Source: an uncultured Flavobacteriaceae bacterium (GTDB lineage: Bacteria; Bacteroidota; Bacteroidia; Flavobacteriales; Flavobacteriaceae). From it: a stretch of 47,376 nucleotides of DNA. The translations under genes and the position numbers were made by a program. Below the pieces are notes generated by a model, which was not told the origin of the DNA, did no database searches, and was given only the letters and a program-made list of their open reading frames with translations. Location: contig CAZHYX010000001.1 in NCBI GenBank assembly GCA_964536675.1, positions 1 to 47,376 on the forward strand, in the 5' to 3' direction. Below, piece after piece: positions 37,556 through 46,380 of this stretch (its first letter is position 1; every line of letters begins with the position of its first letter).

Positions 37556-39499
37556 ATGGAACGATCTAAATATGTAGATGGAGTAGAAATAGGAAGTGAA
37601 CATCTTAACTATACAGAAGTTACTAAGATAGAAGCAATAAAAAGAATAATAACTATATTAGGAACAACAGGAATTGTTAAAGGATTGTTCATAGCGCCAG
37701 ACCCTTTAATTCCTTCCCAGATAATGATGAGTGCAGGGGTGGGTTGGACTTATGGAGGAGATTTTGTTTTTTTTGAACAAGATCAAATGGGTATTATAAT
37801 TTCTAACTCTATAGGAATTCAGAATTATGTATCTATTAAAATGACAGAAAATGAAAGTATGAATTTACCTCATGTAGTTACAGGTGAAATGCATGGAACA
37901 AAAATTATTCATTCTTATGAAGTTAGAGTGTATACAAAAATACAATGGCAACAATTATTAGATAAAGATAAACATGTATTAGTGGCCATAGTTACAGGTA
38001 ATGGAGGAATGGTTAGAGGAATAGATATAAGAAATAATAAATCTATTGAACCAGCTTTAATGGCAGTAGAGAGACAAACTACTGCAATAACAGGTTGTAA
38101 TATTAAAACTATAAGTGCTAACACCTTAACAGGTGAAGGAAAATTACAGTTTTTAAATAATACTTTACTTTGGAAAGATCCTGGAGGAATGTCTTTTGGT
38201 TTACCGGTAATTATTGGTACATCAGGGATATATATAATTTATGATTTTATTCATATTAATTTTATAAAAGTAGAGGTTGATGTAACTAAACTTCCTAATG
38301 AAAATATTATAGAAAGTGTAGATGTGATTAATTTATTACAACAACATGATTTAAGTCTTGGAACAAGTAAAGATATTTTGCATAGAGGTTTTTTGGGAAC
38401 CGGAACATCATCTCCTACCAATCCTCATGGAATGACATTAGATGATTTAGATCCTGGAGAACAACAGGATCTATTGAAACATCGTTATTATAGTCATTCT
38501 CCAGGTATCATTGGTTCTCCAGGAAGTGCCACAGCAGCAGTTTCAATTTTCTCTTCTAATCAAATTAGAATTAACCCTATTTTACCAAAAGAAAGGATTT
38601 TATCAGGTGGAATAATATATGAACAACTTGCAGATGTTTATATTGTTTTTAGTGGGGTGGGAGGAACTTATAATGTTTATATAGGGGAAGGAGGGAAAAT
38701 TAAAATAAGTATAGAAACTCCATCAGATAGATATCTGCTTCTTTGCACTGTTAAGTTTACTGGCGCAACGTTAAGCAATTTAATAGATTTAAGAGTTTGG
38801 GGTTCTGTAAGTTTATCAGGTTTAGTTCATAACGATAATGATGATTTTGTATTGGATGCTTCTCTTACTAATAGAACTTTTAGTGCTTCTGAATCTCTTG
38901 CTATCATAAGAGGGGCCATTAAAAACATTATTGGAAAAAATAATTGGAAAGATGTGCCTTCTCATAACTTAATTGAATTATTCAATTTAATAACTATATT
39001 ACAAAATACTATGGCTGGTTTAACAAGTACAGTTGATTCAGTAGAAAAAAATCAAACCACCCATGAACAATTAAGTTTATTAACAGGTACTGTTCATGGT
39101 GTTACTGGTGGAATAGGGGGAGGGATTAATGCAGATGTTTTAAGAGGATTGGTTCCTGTTGATAGGCCAATAATAGATCAAGTTACTTTGGTAAAAACTC
39201 AAACTGATGGATTTTTACATCCTAATTGGTTTTTGGGGAGTAGAATACCTATGTTTGAAGCTATGGGTAGTACTCCTTTTTATTCAAATTTACAGTTTGT
39301 AGCAGCATCAGGAGGTAACCCTAATTCACAAGCAGGTTTCTCAATGAGAGTTATTTTTTCTGATCAAGTATATTATATGCCTGCTTCTACAATCGCTTGT
39401 GGTTGTACAATAACTTGTGGTTGTACGGGAACTTGTGGTTGCACATGCACGGGAACTTGTGGTTGTACAGGAACAGCTGGTTGTCATTTTTGGGGATAA
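37556..39499 (+). CDS. Baseplate/tail-fibre protein with Cys/Thr/Gly-repeat C-terminus
   Basis: GGAGGT RBS; NPHG, VHGVT and GINADVLRG fibre-like motifs; ends ACGCTITCGCTGTCGCTCTGTCGCTGTAGCHFWG. Confidence 0.72.
   Translation: MERSKYVDGVEIGSEHLNYTEVTKIEAIKRIITILGTTGIVKGLFIAPDPLIPSQIMMSAGVGWTYGGDFVFFEQDQMGIIISNSIGIQNYVSIKMTENESMNLPHVVTGEMHGTKIIHSYEVRVYTKIQWQQLLDKDKHVLVAIVTGNGGMVRGIDIRNNKSIEPALMAVERQTTAITGCNIKTISANTLTGEGKLQFLNNTLLWKDPGGMSFGLPVIIGTSGIYIIYDFIHINFIKVEVDVTKLPNENIIESVDVINLLQQHDLSLGTSKDILHRGFLGTGTSSPTNPHGMTLDDLDPGEQQDLLKHRYYSHSPGIIGSPGSATAAVSIFSSNQIRINPILPKERILSGGIIYEQLADVYIVFSGVGGTYNVYIGEGGKIKISIETPSDRYLLLCTVKFTGATLSNLIDLRVWGSVSLSGLVHNDNDDFVLDASLTNRTFSASESLAIIRGAIKNIIGKNNWKDVPSHNLIELFNLITILQNTMAGLTSTVDSVEKNQTTHEQLSLLTGTVHGVTGGIGGGINADVLRGLVPVDRPIIDQVTLVKTQTDGFLHPNWFLGSRIPMFEAMGSTPFYSNLQFVAASGGNPNSQAGFSMRVIFSDQVYYMPASTIACGCTITCGCTGTCGCTCTGTCGCTGTAGCHFWG
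39398..39484 (+). repeat. ~18-bp tandem repeat encoding (T)CGCT(G/I), 10 Cys
   Basis: ACTTGTGGTTG(T/C)AC units read directly. Confidence 0.9.
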
Positions 39500-39502
39500 G
39501 AT

Positions 39503-41002
39503 ATGTTAGTAATAGAAGGTAAAAATATAGGAAGCTATAGTGGTAAAATTTATAAGAATGTAGAAATGCCAGAATTTTGTGAATCTTTTTATAAAAAGAA
39601 TAACTTTGTTGCTTTTACAGATTCTCAAGATTTACAACAAGCACTTCCTGTAATGAGTTCCAGTATGGTTATAGAAGGATTTGAAGTTTGGTTTTCTGGT
39701 TCTTGTAATCTAAAATGTTCCTATTGTTATTTTGAACATGTAAAAAAAGGAAATTTAGTAAAAAAAATAGATAATATTTTGTTTAGTGAAGCTCGTTTTG
39801 CTATGTATTTAAAGGAATTAAAATTTAATCATATTTTTCTTTCTGGTGGAGAACCGCTATTATACCCTACATTGTTAAAAACAATGAATGATATGATGGT
39901 AGATATACCTGAATATGTAGATGTAAGAATACCTACAAATGGTACATTCATAAATGAAGTATTAGATATATTACAAAATACTCAGAGAATGAAATTTTTA
40001 ATTTCTATTCATTTAGAAAATAAAAATTGGGAAGATTTATTACGTAAATGGGAGAAAATAAAAAAGGAGTATCCTAATAAAATATCTATAAAAATTTTAA
40101 TTTCTCCAGGAATTGAGAATATACCAAAAGGTAATTATGAGTATTCTTTAATCTCTCCAGTTGCAAATGAAAATAGAAGTTATTCTTTAGAGGATTTAAA
40201 TAAACTTGTTCAATATTATGATAAGGCTTGTCTTGATATATTTAATGAAAATCGTACAACTTTTGTGATTGGAATGGATACTGGATGTTTAAGAGGAATG
40301 ATTTATGAAACTTTACCTACAAATAGATTTGCTCCTACTTCTTTGAAAGAATGTTTATATAGGTCTCCTCAAAAAGGATTTAACGGTATTACAAAAAATT
40401 TTAAATTTGAATTAGCAGGGATGAGAGATCATTCACACAAAAAATTAAGTAGTAGACCATTATTGTTAAGTCATTGTGGGGAGGGATTATTTTTAAAATC
40501 TGTGGATATGGAAAAAATAAATAAAATAGATGCTTTTGTAAATACTTTATGTTTACAATTTTATATTCGTAGAGGATTAATTAAGAATCTACTGGAAGTA
40601 CAACAATATTATTATCATCTACATGAAAAAATACAGGATGTCATATTACCTCATGAGGTGGTAGATGTTGCTATTGATATACATTATGAATTAAATTTTG
40701 AAATATCTATAAACGAAATTCTTACTGTAGCTAATGTTATGGGGTGGAAAATAAACAAAATAATAAATGGACAGATAAATGAAACTTTTTGGTTGGATAA
40801 AGAAGGAGAACCATTGATAGTTTTAAATGAATTAAATTATAATAATAATGATGATTTAATTTGTTATAAATATAAACCAAAAAATCATTATATATCTTTT
40901 TATTTCATTGGTAGACAAAAAGATATTATAAAAGTATTAAAAAAAGAAGCAAAAGGAATCCCTAATATTCCAAATAAATATTATATTGTAACAGGAGATT
41001 AA
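39503..41002 (+). CDS. Radical SAM enzyme 1 (possible degenerate SPASM/twitch region plus C-terminal extension)
   Basis: CNLKCSYC, SGGEPLL, PTNGT; scattered downstream Cys. Confidence 0.9.
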   Translation: MLVIEGKNIGSYSGKIYKNVEMPEFCESFYKKNNFVAFTDSQDLQQALPVMSSSMVIEGFEVWFSGSCNLKCSYCYFEHVKKGNLVKKIDNILFSEARFAMYLKELKFNHIFLSGGEPLLYPTLLKTMNDMMVDIPEYVDVRIPTNGTFINEVLDILQNTQRMKFLISIHLENKNWEDLLRKWEKIKKEYPNKISIKILISPGIENIPKGNYEYSLISPVANENRSYSLEDLNKLVQYYDKACLDIFNENRTTFVIGMDTGCLRGMIYETLPTNRFAPTSLKECLYRSPQKGFNGITKNFKFELAGMRDHSHKKLSSRPLLLSHCGEGLFLKSVDMEKINKIDAFVNTLCLQFYIRRGLIKNLLEVQQYYYHLHEKIQDVILPHEVVDVAIDIHYELNFEISINEILTVANVMGWKINKIINGQINETFWLDKEGEPLIVLNELNYNNNDDLICYKYKPKNHYISFYFIGRQKDIIKVLKKEAKGIPNIPNKYYIVTGD

Positions 41003-41003
41003 A

Positions 41004-41720
41004 ATGTTATGTTTTAAATTTGCTGGATTGTTAGGTAATGTTATTGGAGAATCAGTGTTACCCATATGGGATGAATGCTGGTGGAAAGTAAAAAATAAAG
41101 AAGTAATTGAAGTAGGGTTTGCTGGATCAAAGATAGATATTTCTATAAAACAAATTAACCCACCTATTGTTTTATTTTATGATGTTTCAGACTTTGAACT
41201 TAAAATATCAAATACAATAAATTATTATGATATCATTATTAGGAAAGATGTAGAAATTCTTTTATTAATATTCTGGGATTTATTTCATAGTGTCCCTGTT
41301 ATACTGGAGAATCCTAAATTTGAATCTATGGGACTTATGGAAAGCGTTAATAGACCTTTATTTAATATTGATTTTAATAGCTTTAAAACAATTCATGATT
41401 ATTTAAAACCTGAATTGTTAATAGGAAATAGTAAAGTGGAATTAATAAATTCAGGTCTACAAACAATACAGATATTACCTCCAACATTTATTAAATTATT
41501 AGATAATCCTTTTACAAAAAATTTACTTAAACATAATCCTATTCATGATTATCTTAATTGTAAGATTTTAATTAATGCAGTGAAAATAGATAAGAATGAA
41601 TTTTTATTTGAACCAAATACAATGTATTTTATTAATCTTATTATTGGACAACAAGAATTAGAATTACCTGAAGGTATATTTAATCTTGGATGGCATTTTT
41701 ATCAAAGGATATCTCAATGA
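41004..41720 (+). CDS. Hypothetical protein in the radical SAM cluster
   Basis: 1-nt gap after rSAM1, GGAG RBS. Confidence 0.65.
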   Translation: MLCFKFAGLLGNVIGESVLPIWDECWWKVKNKEVIEVGFAGSKIDISIKQINPPIVLFYDVSDFELKISNTINYYDIIIRKDVEILLLIFWDLFHSVPVILENPKFESMGLMESVNRPLFNIDFNSFKTIHDYLKPELLIGNSKVELINSGLQTIQILPPTFIKLLDNPFTKNLLKHNPIHDYLNCKILINAVKIDKNEFLFEPNTMYFINLIIGQQELELPEGIFNLGWHFYQRISQ

Positions 41721-41986
41721 AAATAAATGAAAAAACAAAAAAAATTAATATTGAAGAAAATTTTGATTTTATTCTTGAATTTGAAAAACCTATAACAACA
41801 TATGAAATATTTAATGAACAAAATCAATGGATAACTTTTGAAATGGATACAGAAAAAGGAACAATATTAAAAATGTATATAAGAGATTTACCAAAAAAAA
41901 TAAAGTTATTAAATTTTAAATTTGAAGATATTAATGGATTACAGTATAAATTATCTCTTTTTAAAAAAAGCCATAAATGGGGGTAG
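41717..41986 (+). CDS. Small hypothetical protein (start ATG 41717)
   Basis: ATGA overlap, AAGGA RBS; 89 aa. Confidence 0.55.
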   Translation: MKINEKTKKINIEENFDFILEFEKPITTYEIFNEQNQWITFEMDTEKGTILKMYIRDLPKKIKLLNFKFEDINGLQYKLSLFKKSHKWG

Positions 41987-41987
41987 A

Positions 41988-43235
41988 ATGTTTTATAATG
42001 TAGAAAGTAATAGATTTTCATTTATTTCTCAAAATACAAAAATAGAAAAATTATGGTGGTTTTTTCTTATCCAACGTAAAATTGATTCTTTTAAAAAAGC
42101 TATCCAACCTATTAAATATTTATTTATTGAGCCCTATAGAACTTGTAATCTTAAATGCTCTTATTGTTATGCAAAGAATCCTGGTAATGGTCAAGTTGAT
42201 ATAAATATATTAAAAAATTTATTAAAAAATAATAAATTTGAAGAAGTTTTAGTGTTTGGAGGAGAACCTTTTCTCACTAAAGAGAAAGGTCTTCTCCCAG
42301 AAATAACTAAATTAATAGAAGGGAGGTTAGCTATTTCTACAAATGGCATTAATGTAGATGAAGAAATACTTACAAAATTACATAAAAATTTATCTTTACA
42401 AGTAAGCATTGAGCCAAGAGAATGGGGGAATCGTGTAAGTAAATTTGGAAAACATCAAAATGAATTATTAGGAAAAGATAAATTTAAAAACACTTATATA
42501 TATTTCAGAATCACTATACCTAAAGAAGCTGTTTATGTTCCATTAAAACAAGTTATAGAACAAATTGCTCAAATCAAAGGAAATTATAATTTTAGTATTA
42601 CTTATTGGGCAGAAAATGGGAATCAATTAAATTCTGATCTAATCCATAAATGGATTAAAGATTCATTAATTTTATTTCATGAAGATAATAAATATAAAAA
42701 TAAATTAATTTGGGAATGGTGGACTGGTAGATTATTTTCTATGTTTACAAATAAAAAATATTTTGAATATACTAATTGTAATGCAGCAATAGAAAGTATA
42801 TCCATTGCACCTGATTCTAAATTATATGGATGTCATGAAATGGCGGTAATAGAAAATGATAAACATAAAATTAATGTAGTAGAAGATAGACTAAAATTAG
42901 TAAAAATATATATAGATAGTTTTTGTTTACCTGAATGTGCATCATGTAAAATTAGATATTTTTGTGGTGGAGTTTGTTTTGTTCATCAGCATAGAGGTTC
43001 TTGTGAATTTTTAAGAAAAACTTTTGACGCTTTTTTAGGAGTTATGGATTGGTATTTTAACCGCAATCTACTTGCTTTTTATGAACATAGTAAAAGTTTA
43101 GATAAAAGAAAAATTAACAGAGCAAATATAGATAAATTAATTTCATTTGCTAATGGTCAACTTTCTTTAGAAGAAGATATTAATATAATTACGGAGGAAA
43201 TAGATGCAGAATATTCTCATTTGGGGAATTACTAA
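41988..43235 (+). CDS. Radical SAM/SPASM-domain enzyme 2 (start probably ATG 41988)
   Basis: CNLKCSYC, FGGEPFL, STNG; SPASM NCNAA...LYGCHE...CASCKIRYFCGGVC...C. Confidence 0.92.
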   Translation: MFYNVESNRFSFISQNTKIEKLWWFFLIQRKIDSFKKAIQPIKYLFIEPYRTCNLKCSYCYAKNPGNGQVDINILKNLLKNNKFEEVLVFGGEPFLTKEKGLLPEITKLIEGRLAISTNGINVDEEILTKLHKNLSLQVSIEPREWGNRVSKFGKHQNELLGKDKFKNTYIYFRITIPKEAVYVPLKQVIEQIAQIKGNYNFSITYWAENGNQLNSDLIHKWIKDSLILFHEDNKYKNKLIWEWWTGRLFSMFTNKKYFEYTNCNAAIESISIAPDSKLYGCHEMAVIENDKHKINVVEDRLKLVKIYIDSFCLPECASCKIRYFCGGVCFVHQHRGSCEFLRKTFDAFLGVMDWYFNRNLLAFYEHSKSLDKRKINRANIDKLISFANGQLSLEEDINIITEEIDAEYSHLGNY

Positions 43236-43803
43236 AGGCATAGGATCAGGGATAGGATTTAAACTGGGAGAATACTTAGCTCTTAGAAACTTTTCAGTTT
43301 ATGGTGTAATCAGAGATTCAAAAAAAGAATTACCAAAAGGTTGCAAAGAGGTTCTTGTTTCTCCACAAAAAAATGAATATTTAAAATTTTTAGAAACGCA
43401 TAGTATACAAACTGTAATTAGTTGTGTGGGAGTAGGTTATGTAGATAATTTTATTACTATATCAAGTGATAAAATTAATGAGATGATAAATGCTAATTTT
43501 ATTACTAACATTAATGCTCTACAATGGTCTTTACAATATCTTGTGGAAATCACTGAAGGAAAAATTATAATTTTAGGAACTATTGCTGCTGTTACTCCAG
43601 AACAAGGTAGTTCTGTATATTCAGGAACAAAAGCTGGGATGAGAGCACTGGTAACCAGTTTAAGACATGAATTACTACCTGTGAAATTACCTATTAGCAT
43701 GCTTCATTTTAATTCTGTTCAAGATAAAGGCATTATAGATGTTTGTGAAGCAATTGAATATCAATTGTACAGTAAAATTGGATCAGAGGTAATACTTTAT
43801 TAA
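43204..43803 (+). CDS. Short-chain dehydrogenase/reductase (SDR)
   Basis: Rossmann GITKGIG, NANF, catalytic YSGTK. Confidence 0.88.
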   Translation: MQNILIWGITKGIGSGIGFKLGEYLALRNFSVYGVIRDSKKELPKGCKEVLVSPQKNEYLKFLETHSIQTVISCVGVGYVDNFITISSDKINEMINANFITNINALQWSLQYLVEITEGKIIILGTIAAVTPEQGSSVYSGTKAGMRALVTSLRHELLPVKLPISMLHFNSVQDKGIIDVCEAIEYQLYSKIGSEVILY

Positions 43804-43810
43804 TAATACT

Positions 43811-44101
43811 ATGGATATACAAGACATTGAAAAAGTAATAAGACAAGAGCTACGAAATAGAGACGAAGATTGTGCAGAATTAGAAAGTGAAAACAGAAGA
43901 AAAGTAGATGAATTGCTTTTCATAGTTAAAGGCAACCCTGATGCAGGAATAAGAGGGATGGCTGAGATATTGAGATGTCTCGCAGACTTTAAGCCTGAAT
44001 TAAGATTTTTGAAAAAATTAAAAAAGACAGTCATTTATATTCTCATTGCGTCAATTATAGCATGGATTTCAATCCTTATAAAACTATTTTATGAAAGATA
44101 A
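43811..44101 (+). CDS. Holin-like or anti-holin membrane protein
   Basis: Coiled coil plus single C-terminal transmembrane helix, upstream of the endolysin. Confidence 0.5.
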   Translation: MDIQDIEKVIRQELRNRDEDCAELESENRRKVDELLFIVKGNPDAGIRGMAEILRCLADFKPELRFLKKLKKTVIYILIASIIAWISILIKLFYER

Positions 44102-44240
44102 TTACCCAATAATATGTATCTACATTGACGAAATGAATATAGAAGAGTATATTAATCAAGGATGGGAAGTGATATACATGAAGCCATACAATTATTTTGG
44201 AGAGCCAAGAGGGTGTTTTATTGCCATTAGGCAGGATTGA
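44091..44240 (+). CDS. Small hypothetical protein (49 aa, not in the ORF track)
   Basis: MKDNYPIICIY...IAIRQD fills the gap before the amidase. Confidence 0.45.
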   Translation: MKDNYPIICIYIDEMNIEEYINQGWEVIYMKPYNYFGEPRGCFIAIRQD

Positions 44241-44243
44241 GTT

Positions 44244-44801
44244 ATGAAAATTGCAATATCAGCAGGACATTACATATCTGAGAGAAATGGTGTGATGAGA
44301 TATGATCCCGGAGTGGTGAACGGAGATCTGACGGAGGAGTACATAGTTGGAGTAATCTATAGATGTATATTGACATGTCTAAAAGATTTCAAAGGAATGG
44401 AAATAATTGAAATACCAAGAACGCACCTCGTGGATAGAGTCAGGATAGTTAATCTGTTCAGACCTGATTTGGCAATAGAAGTGCATATGAACGGCTTTCA
44501 TGACACAGGAGTTTCAGGTACAGAAACCCTCTATCACGGCAATAGTGAAAAGGGCAAAATATATGCAAAAATAATGAATGACCATATTGTAAACAGGTTG
44601 CAGTCAAGAGACAGAGGTATTAAACCCCGCAATAATTTACTTTTTCTTAGAGCAACCACATGTCCAGCCATAATCACAGAAGCAGAGTTCCTAAGCAATA
44701 CAGTTGTTGCTGACAGGCTCAGAAATGACTGTACCTATCAGTTCAATCTCACAAGAGGACACGTGGAAGGAATAAAAGAAATAATTAAACAAAGGAGGTG
44801 A
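44244..44801 (+). CDS. Endolysin, N-acetylmuramoyl-L-alanine amidase (Amidase_3)
   Basis: IAISAGH, TEE, IEVHMN, AIITEAEFLSN Zn-amidase motifs. Confidence 0.92.
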   Translation: MKIAISAGHYISERNGVMRYDPGVVNGDLTEEYIVGVIYRCILTCLKDFKGMEIIEIPRTHLVDRVRIVNLFRPDLAIEVHMNGFHDTGVSGTETLYHGNSEKGKIYAKIMNDHIVNRLQSRDRGIKPRNNLLFLRATTCPAIITEAEFLSNTVVADRLRNDCTYQFNLTRGHVEGIKEIIKQRR

Positions 44802-44807
44802 ACAAAC

Positions 44808-44987
44808 ATGGAATGGATAATTCAACATTCAACAGAAATTATAGCAATATTTTTTGCAGTTATCGGCGTAGCTTCAATAATAGCAAAACTCACACCAACA
44901 AAAGTTGACGACAAAATAGTCAACGCTATACTGGGAGTGATAAACGCTCTAGCGCTTAATCCAAAAAAAAGAGGGGCAAGAGATTAA
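44808..44987 (+). CDS. Probable holin (59 aa, not in the ORF track)
   Basis: AAGGAGGT RBS; MEWIIQHSTEIIAIFFAVIGVASIIAKLTPTKVDD with TM helix and basic tail. Confidence 0.65.
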   Translation: MEWIIQHSTEIIAIFFAVIGVASIIAKLTPTKVDDKIVNAILGVINALALNPKKRGARD

Positions 44988-45266
44988 ATGATATACACTG
45001 TATCACTATTAAGTATAATCATAGGGGTATTAGTCTTTACAATAGTGAGATTATCAAAAAGGGTTGGTACACAAAAAATAACAATACAAAATCTTATAGC
45101 AAAAAATATCTCACTCGGTAAAATCATAACGGCACAGGCGAGCCGTATAAAAAAAGATGTGAGGAAGTTAATTAATGAGAAAAAAAATATTACAGCCGAT
45201 GATCTTAATAGCCTTGTTTTTGGCAGTAGTGAGCTGCACACACATAAGAACAATAAATCCAATTGA
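44988..45266 (+). CDS. Probable i-spanin (Rz-like)
   Basis: N-terminal TM helix plus coiled coil, overlapped by a lipoprotein gene. Confidence 0.65.
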   Translation: MIYTVSLLSIIIGVLVFTIVRLSKRVGTQKITIQNLIAKNISLGKIITAQASRIKKDVRKLINEKKNITADDLNSLVFGSSELHTHKNNKSN

Positions 45267-45411
45267 CGCCATCCCGCCAGCTCCAGTAATGACACATACG
45301 TTCATAGACAAAAACGGATATATCTGCCTGACAGATGAAGAGGCAAAAAAACTGCTAATCTTCAAATATGATTTTTTGCTCTACAGGGATGCCGTAGAGG
45401 CCATTAGATAG
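45175..45411 (+). CDS. Probable o-spanin lipoprotein (Rz1-like; alternative start 45199)
   Basis: Signal peptide ILIALFLAVVS-C, Pro-rich linker, +1 frame overlap with the i-spanin. Confidence 0.68.
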   Translation: MRKKILQPMILIALFLAVVSCTHIRTINPIDAIPPAPVMTHTFIDKNGYICLTDEEAKKLLIFKYDFLLYRDAVEAIR

Positions 45412-45452
45412 GTTATTTGATTTTTCAGGACTACAAGGATTATAATTGATTA

Positions 45453-45504
45453 TCGCTGGCGGGGAGTTTTCCTTTTCTTACTCCTTTTTTCTCCCTGTCG
45501 GCGA
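45453..45504 (+). other. 14-bp RNA stem with a 24-nt pyrimidine loop (candidate sRNA or terminator)
   Basis: TCGCTGGCGGGGAG pairs with CTCCCTGTCGGCGA using three G-U pairs; TATAAT at 45441-45446. Confidence 0.45.
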
Positions 45505-45760
45505 CCCCTCTCCTTATATTATATGCCCTCTCAATGTGAATAAAAGCCAATCCACATCTCAACATAGAGGCGGTAAATCTCAGATCTTATACCTGGTAAG
45601 ATGGAATTTATATTCTTTTCTATAGTCTATTTTTAATATTCGCTCAATTGTCATTATGCAGTATTATAACACATCTTTACTTATAGTAAAAACAAAAAAA
45701 CGATAAATAAAATTTTATAGGTTGATAAAAACTTTTAATAAGATTATTTCATAAAAAAGC

Positions 45761-45789
45761 TTGACATATATAATATAATATGATATAAT
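45761..45789 (+). promoter_or_regulatory. Consensus sigma70 early promoter 1
   Basis: TTGACA-17 nt-TATAAT with extended TGn and A-rich UP element. Confidence 0.9.
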
Positions 45790-45837
45790 ATAAATAAGAG
45801 CACAAGAGAGGAAAATAAAAAAAGGGGGAAGAGAAAA

Positions 45838-46173
45838 ATGAAAAACAGAGGAATGCTAAGGGTAGTAAGAGATGGAGAGGTAAAGCTCTCTCTCCCTGAC
45901 ACATTGGTAACTATCAAAGAGGATGGCACCGTCTGGTACAACAATATGCCAATCTTGGGAATTAATGACCCTATCGTCAAAGCTAGACTGTCGCCAGAAA
46001 TTAAAAGCGGAAAATATGACAACGTCCCGCAAAATGCGTGGACGAGGTTAGGACATAATCCCAATGGGCTGTGGGTAGGAGAAGATGACGTATTAAAAAA
46101 ACAAAATAAAAAAAATAAAAAAGAATGCTGCAGACGTTGCGGCACATACTGCTACGGGGATTGTAAAGATTAA
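45838..46173 (+). CDS. Early hypothetical protein with C-terminal CxxCGTYCYGDC motif
   Basis: First gene after promoter 1. Confidence 0.75.
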   Translation: MKNRGMLRVVRDGEVKLSLPDTLVTIKEDGTVWYNNMPILGINDPIVKARLSPEIKSGKYDNVPQNAWTRLGHNPNGLWVGEDDVLKKQNKKNKKECCRRCGTYCYGDCKD

Positions 46174-46303
46174 GAGAGAAAAAAAATGAAAACAATATCA
46201 TGCGGCATTATAACACGTTTTCGCTCACCAGGAATTCAAGGGGCTAATAAACAAAATTTATAAACTGATAAAAACTTTTAATAAGATTATTTCATAAAAA
46301 AGC

Positions 46304-46332
46304 TTGACATTTACAATCTGATATGATATAAT
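46304..46332 (+). promoter_or_regulatory. Consensus sigma70 early promoter 2
   Basis: TTGACA-17 nt-TATAAT with extended TGn. Confidence 0.9.
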
Positions 46333-46380
46333 ATAAATAAGAGCAGAGGAGAGGTAAATAAATAAAGGGGGAAGAATAAA

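Larger units (their letters stand above)
45723..46345. repeat. Duplicated promoter cassette: identical 45 bp (45723-45767, 46266-46310) and 25 bp (45778-45802, 46321-46345)
   Basis: Exact matches read by eye; similar AAAGGGGGAAGA RBS follows each copy. Confidence 0.92.

Noticed and set aside
39377-39499. Independent 40-aa precursor peptide starting at Met 39377
   Set aside because: In frame with the 647-aa gene, with no stop before it and no visible RBS; internal initiation cannot be fully excluded
39503-43235. Radical SAM genes as QueE (7-deazaguanine), NrdG or MoaA
   Set aside because: Much longer than QueE/NrdG, SPASM pattern in enzyme 2, and no queC/queD/folE, nrdD or moa partner genes nearby
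41988-43235. Anaerobic sulfatase maturase role
   Set aside because: No sulfatase gene is recognisable and the Cys tail lacks the (C/S)xPxR motif
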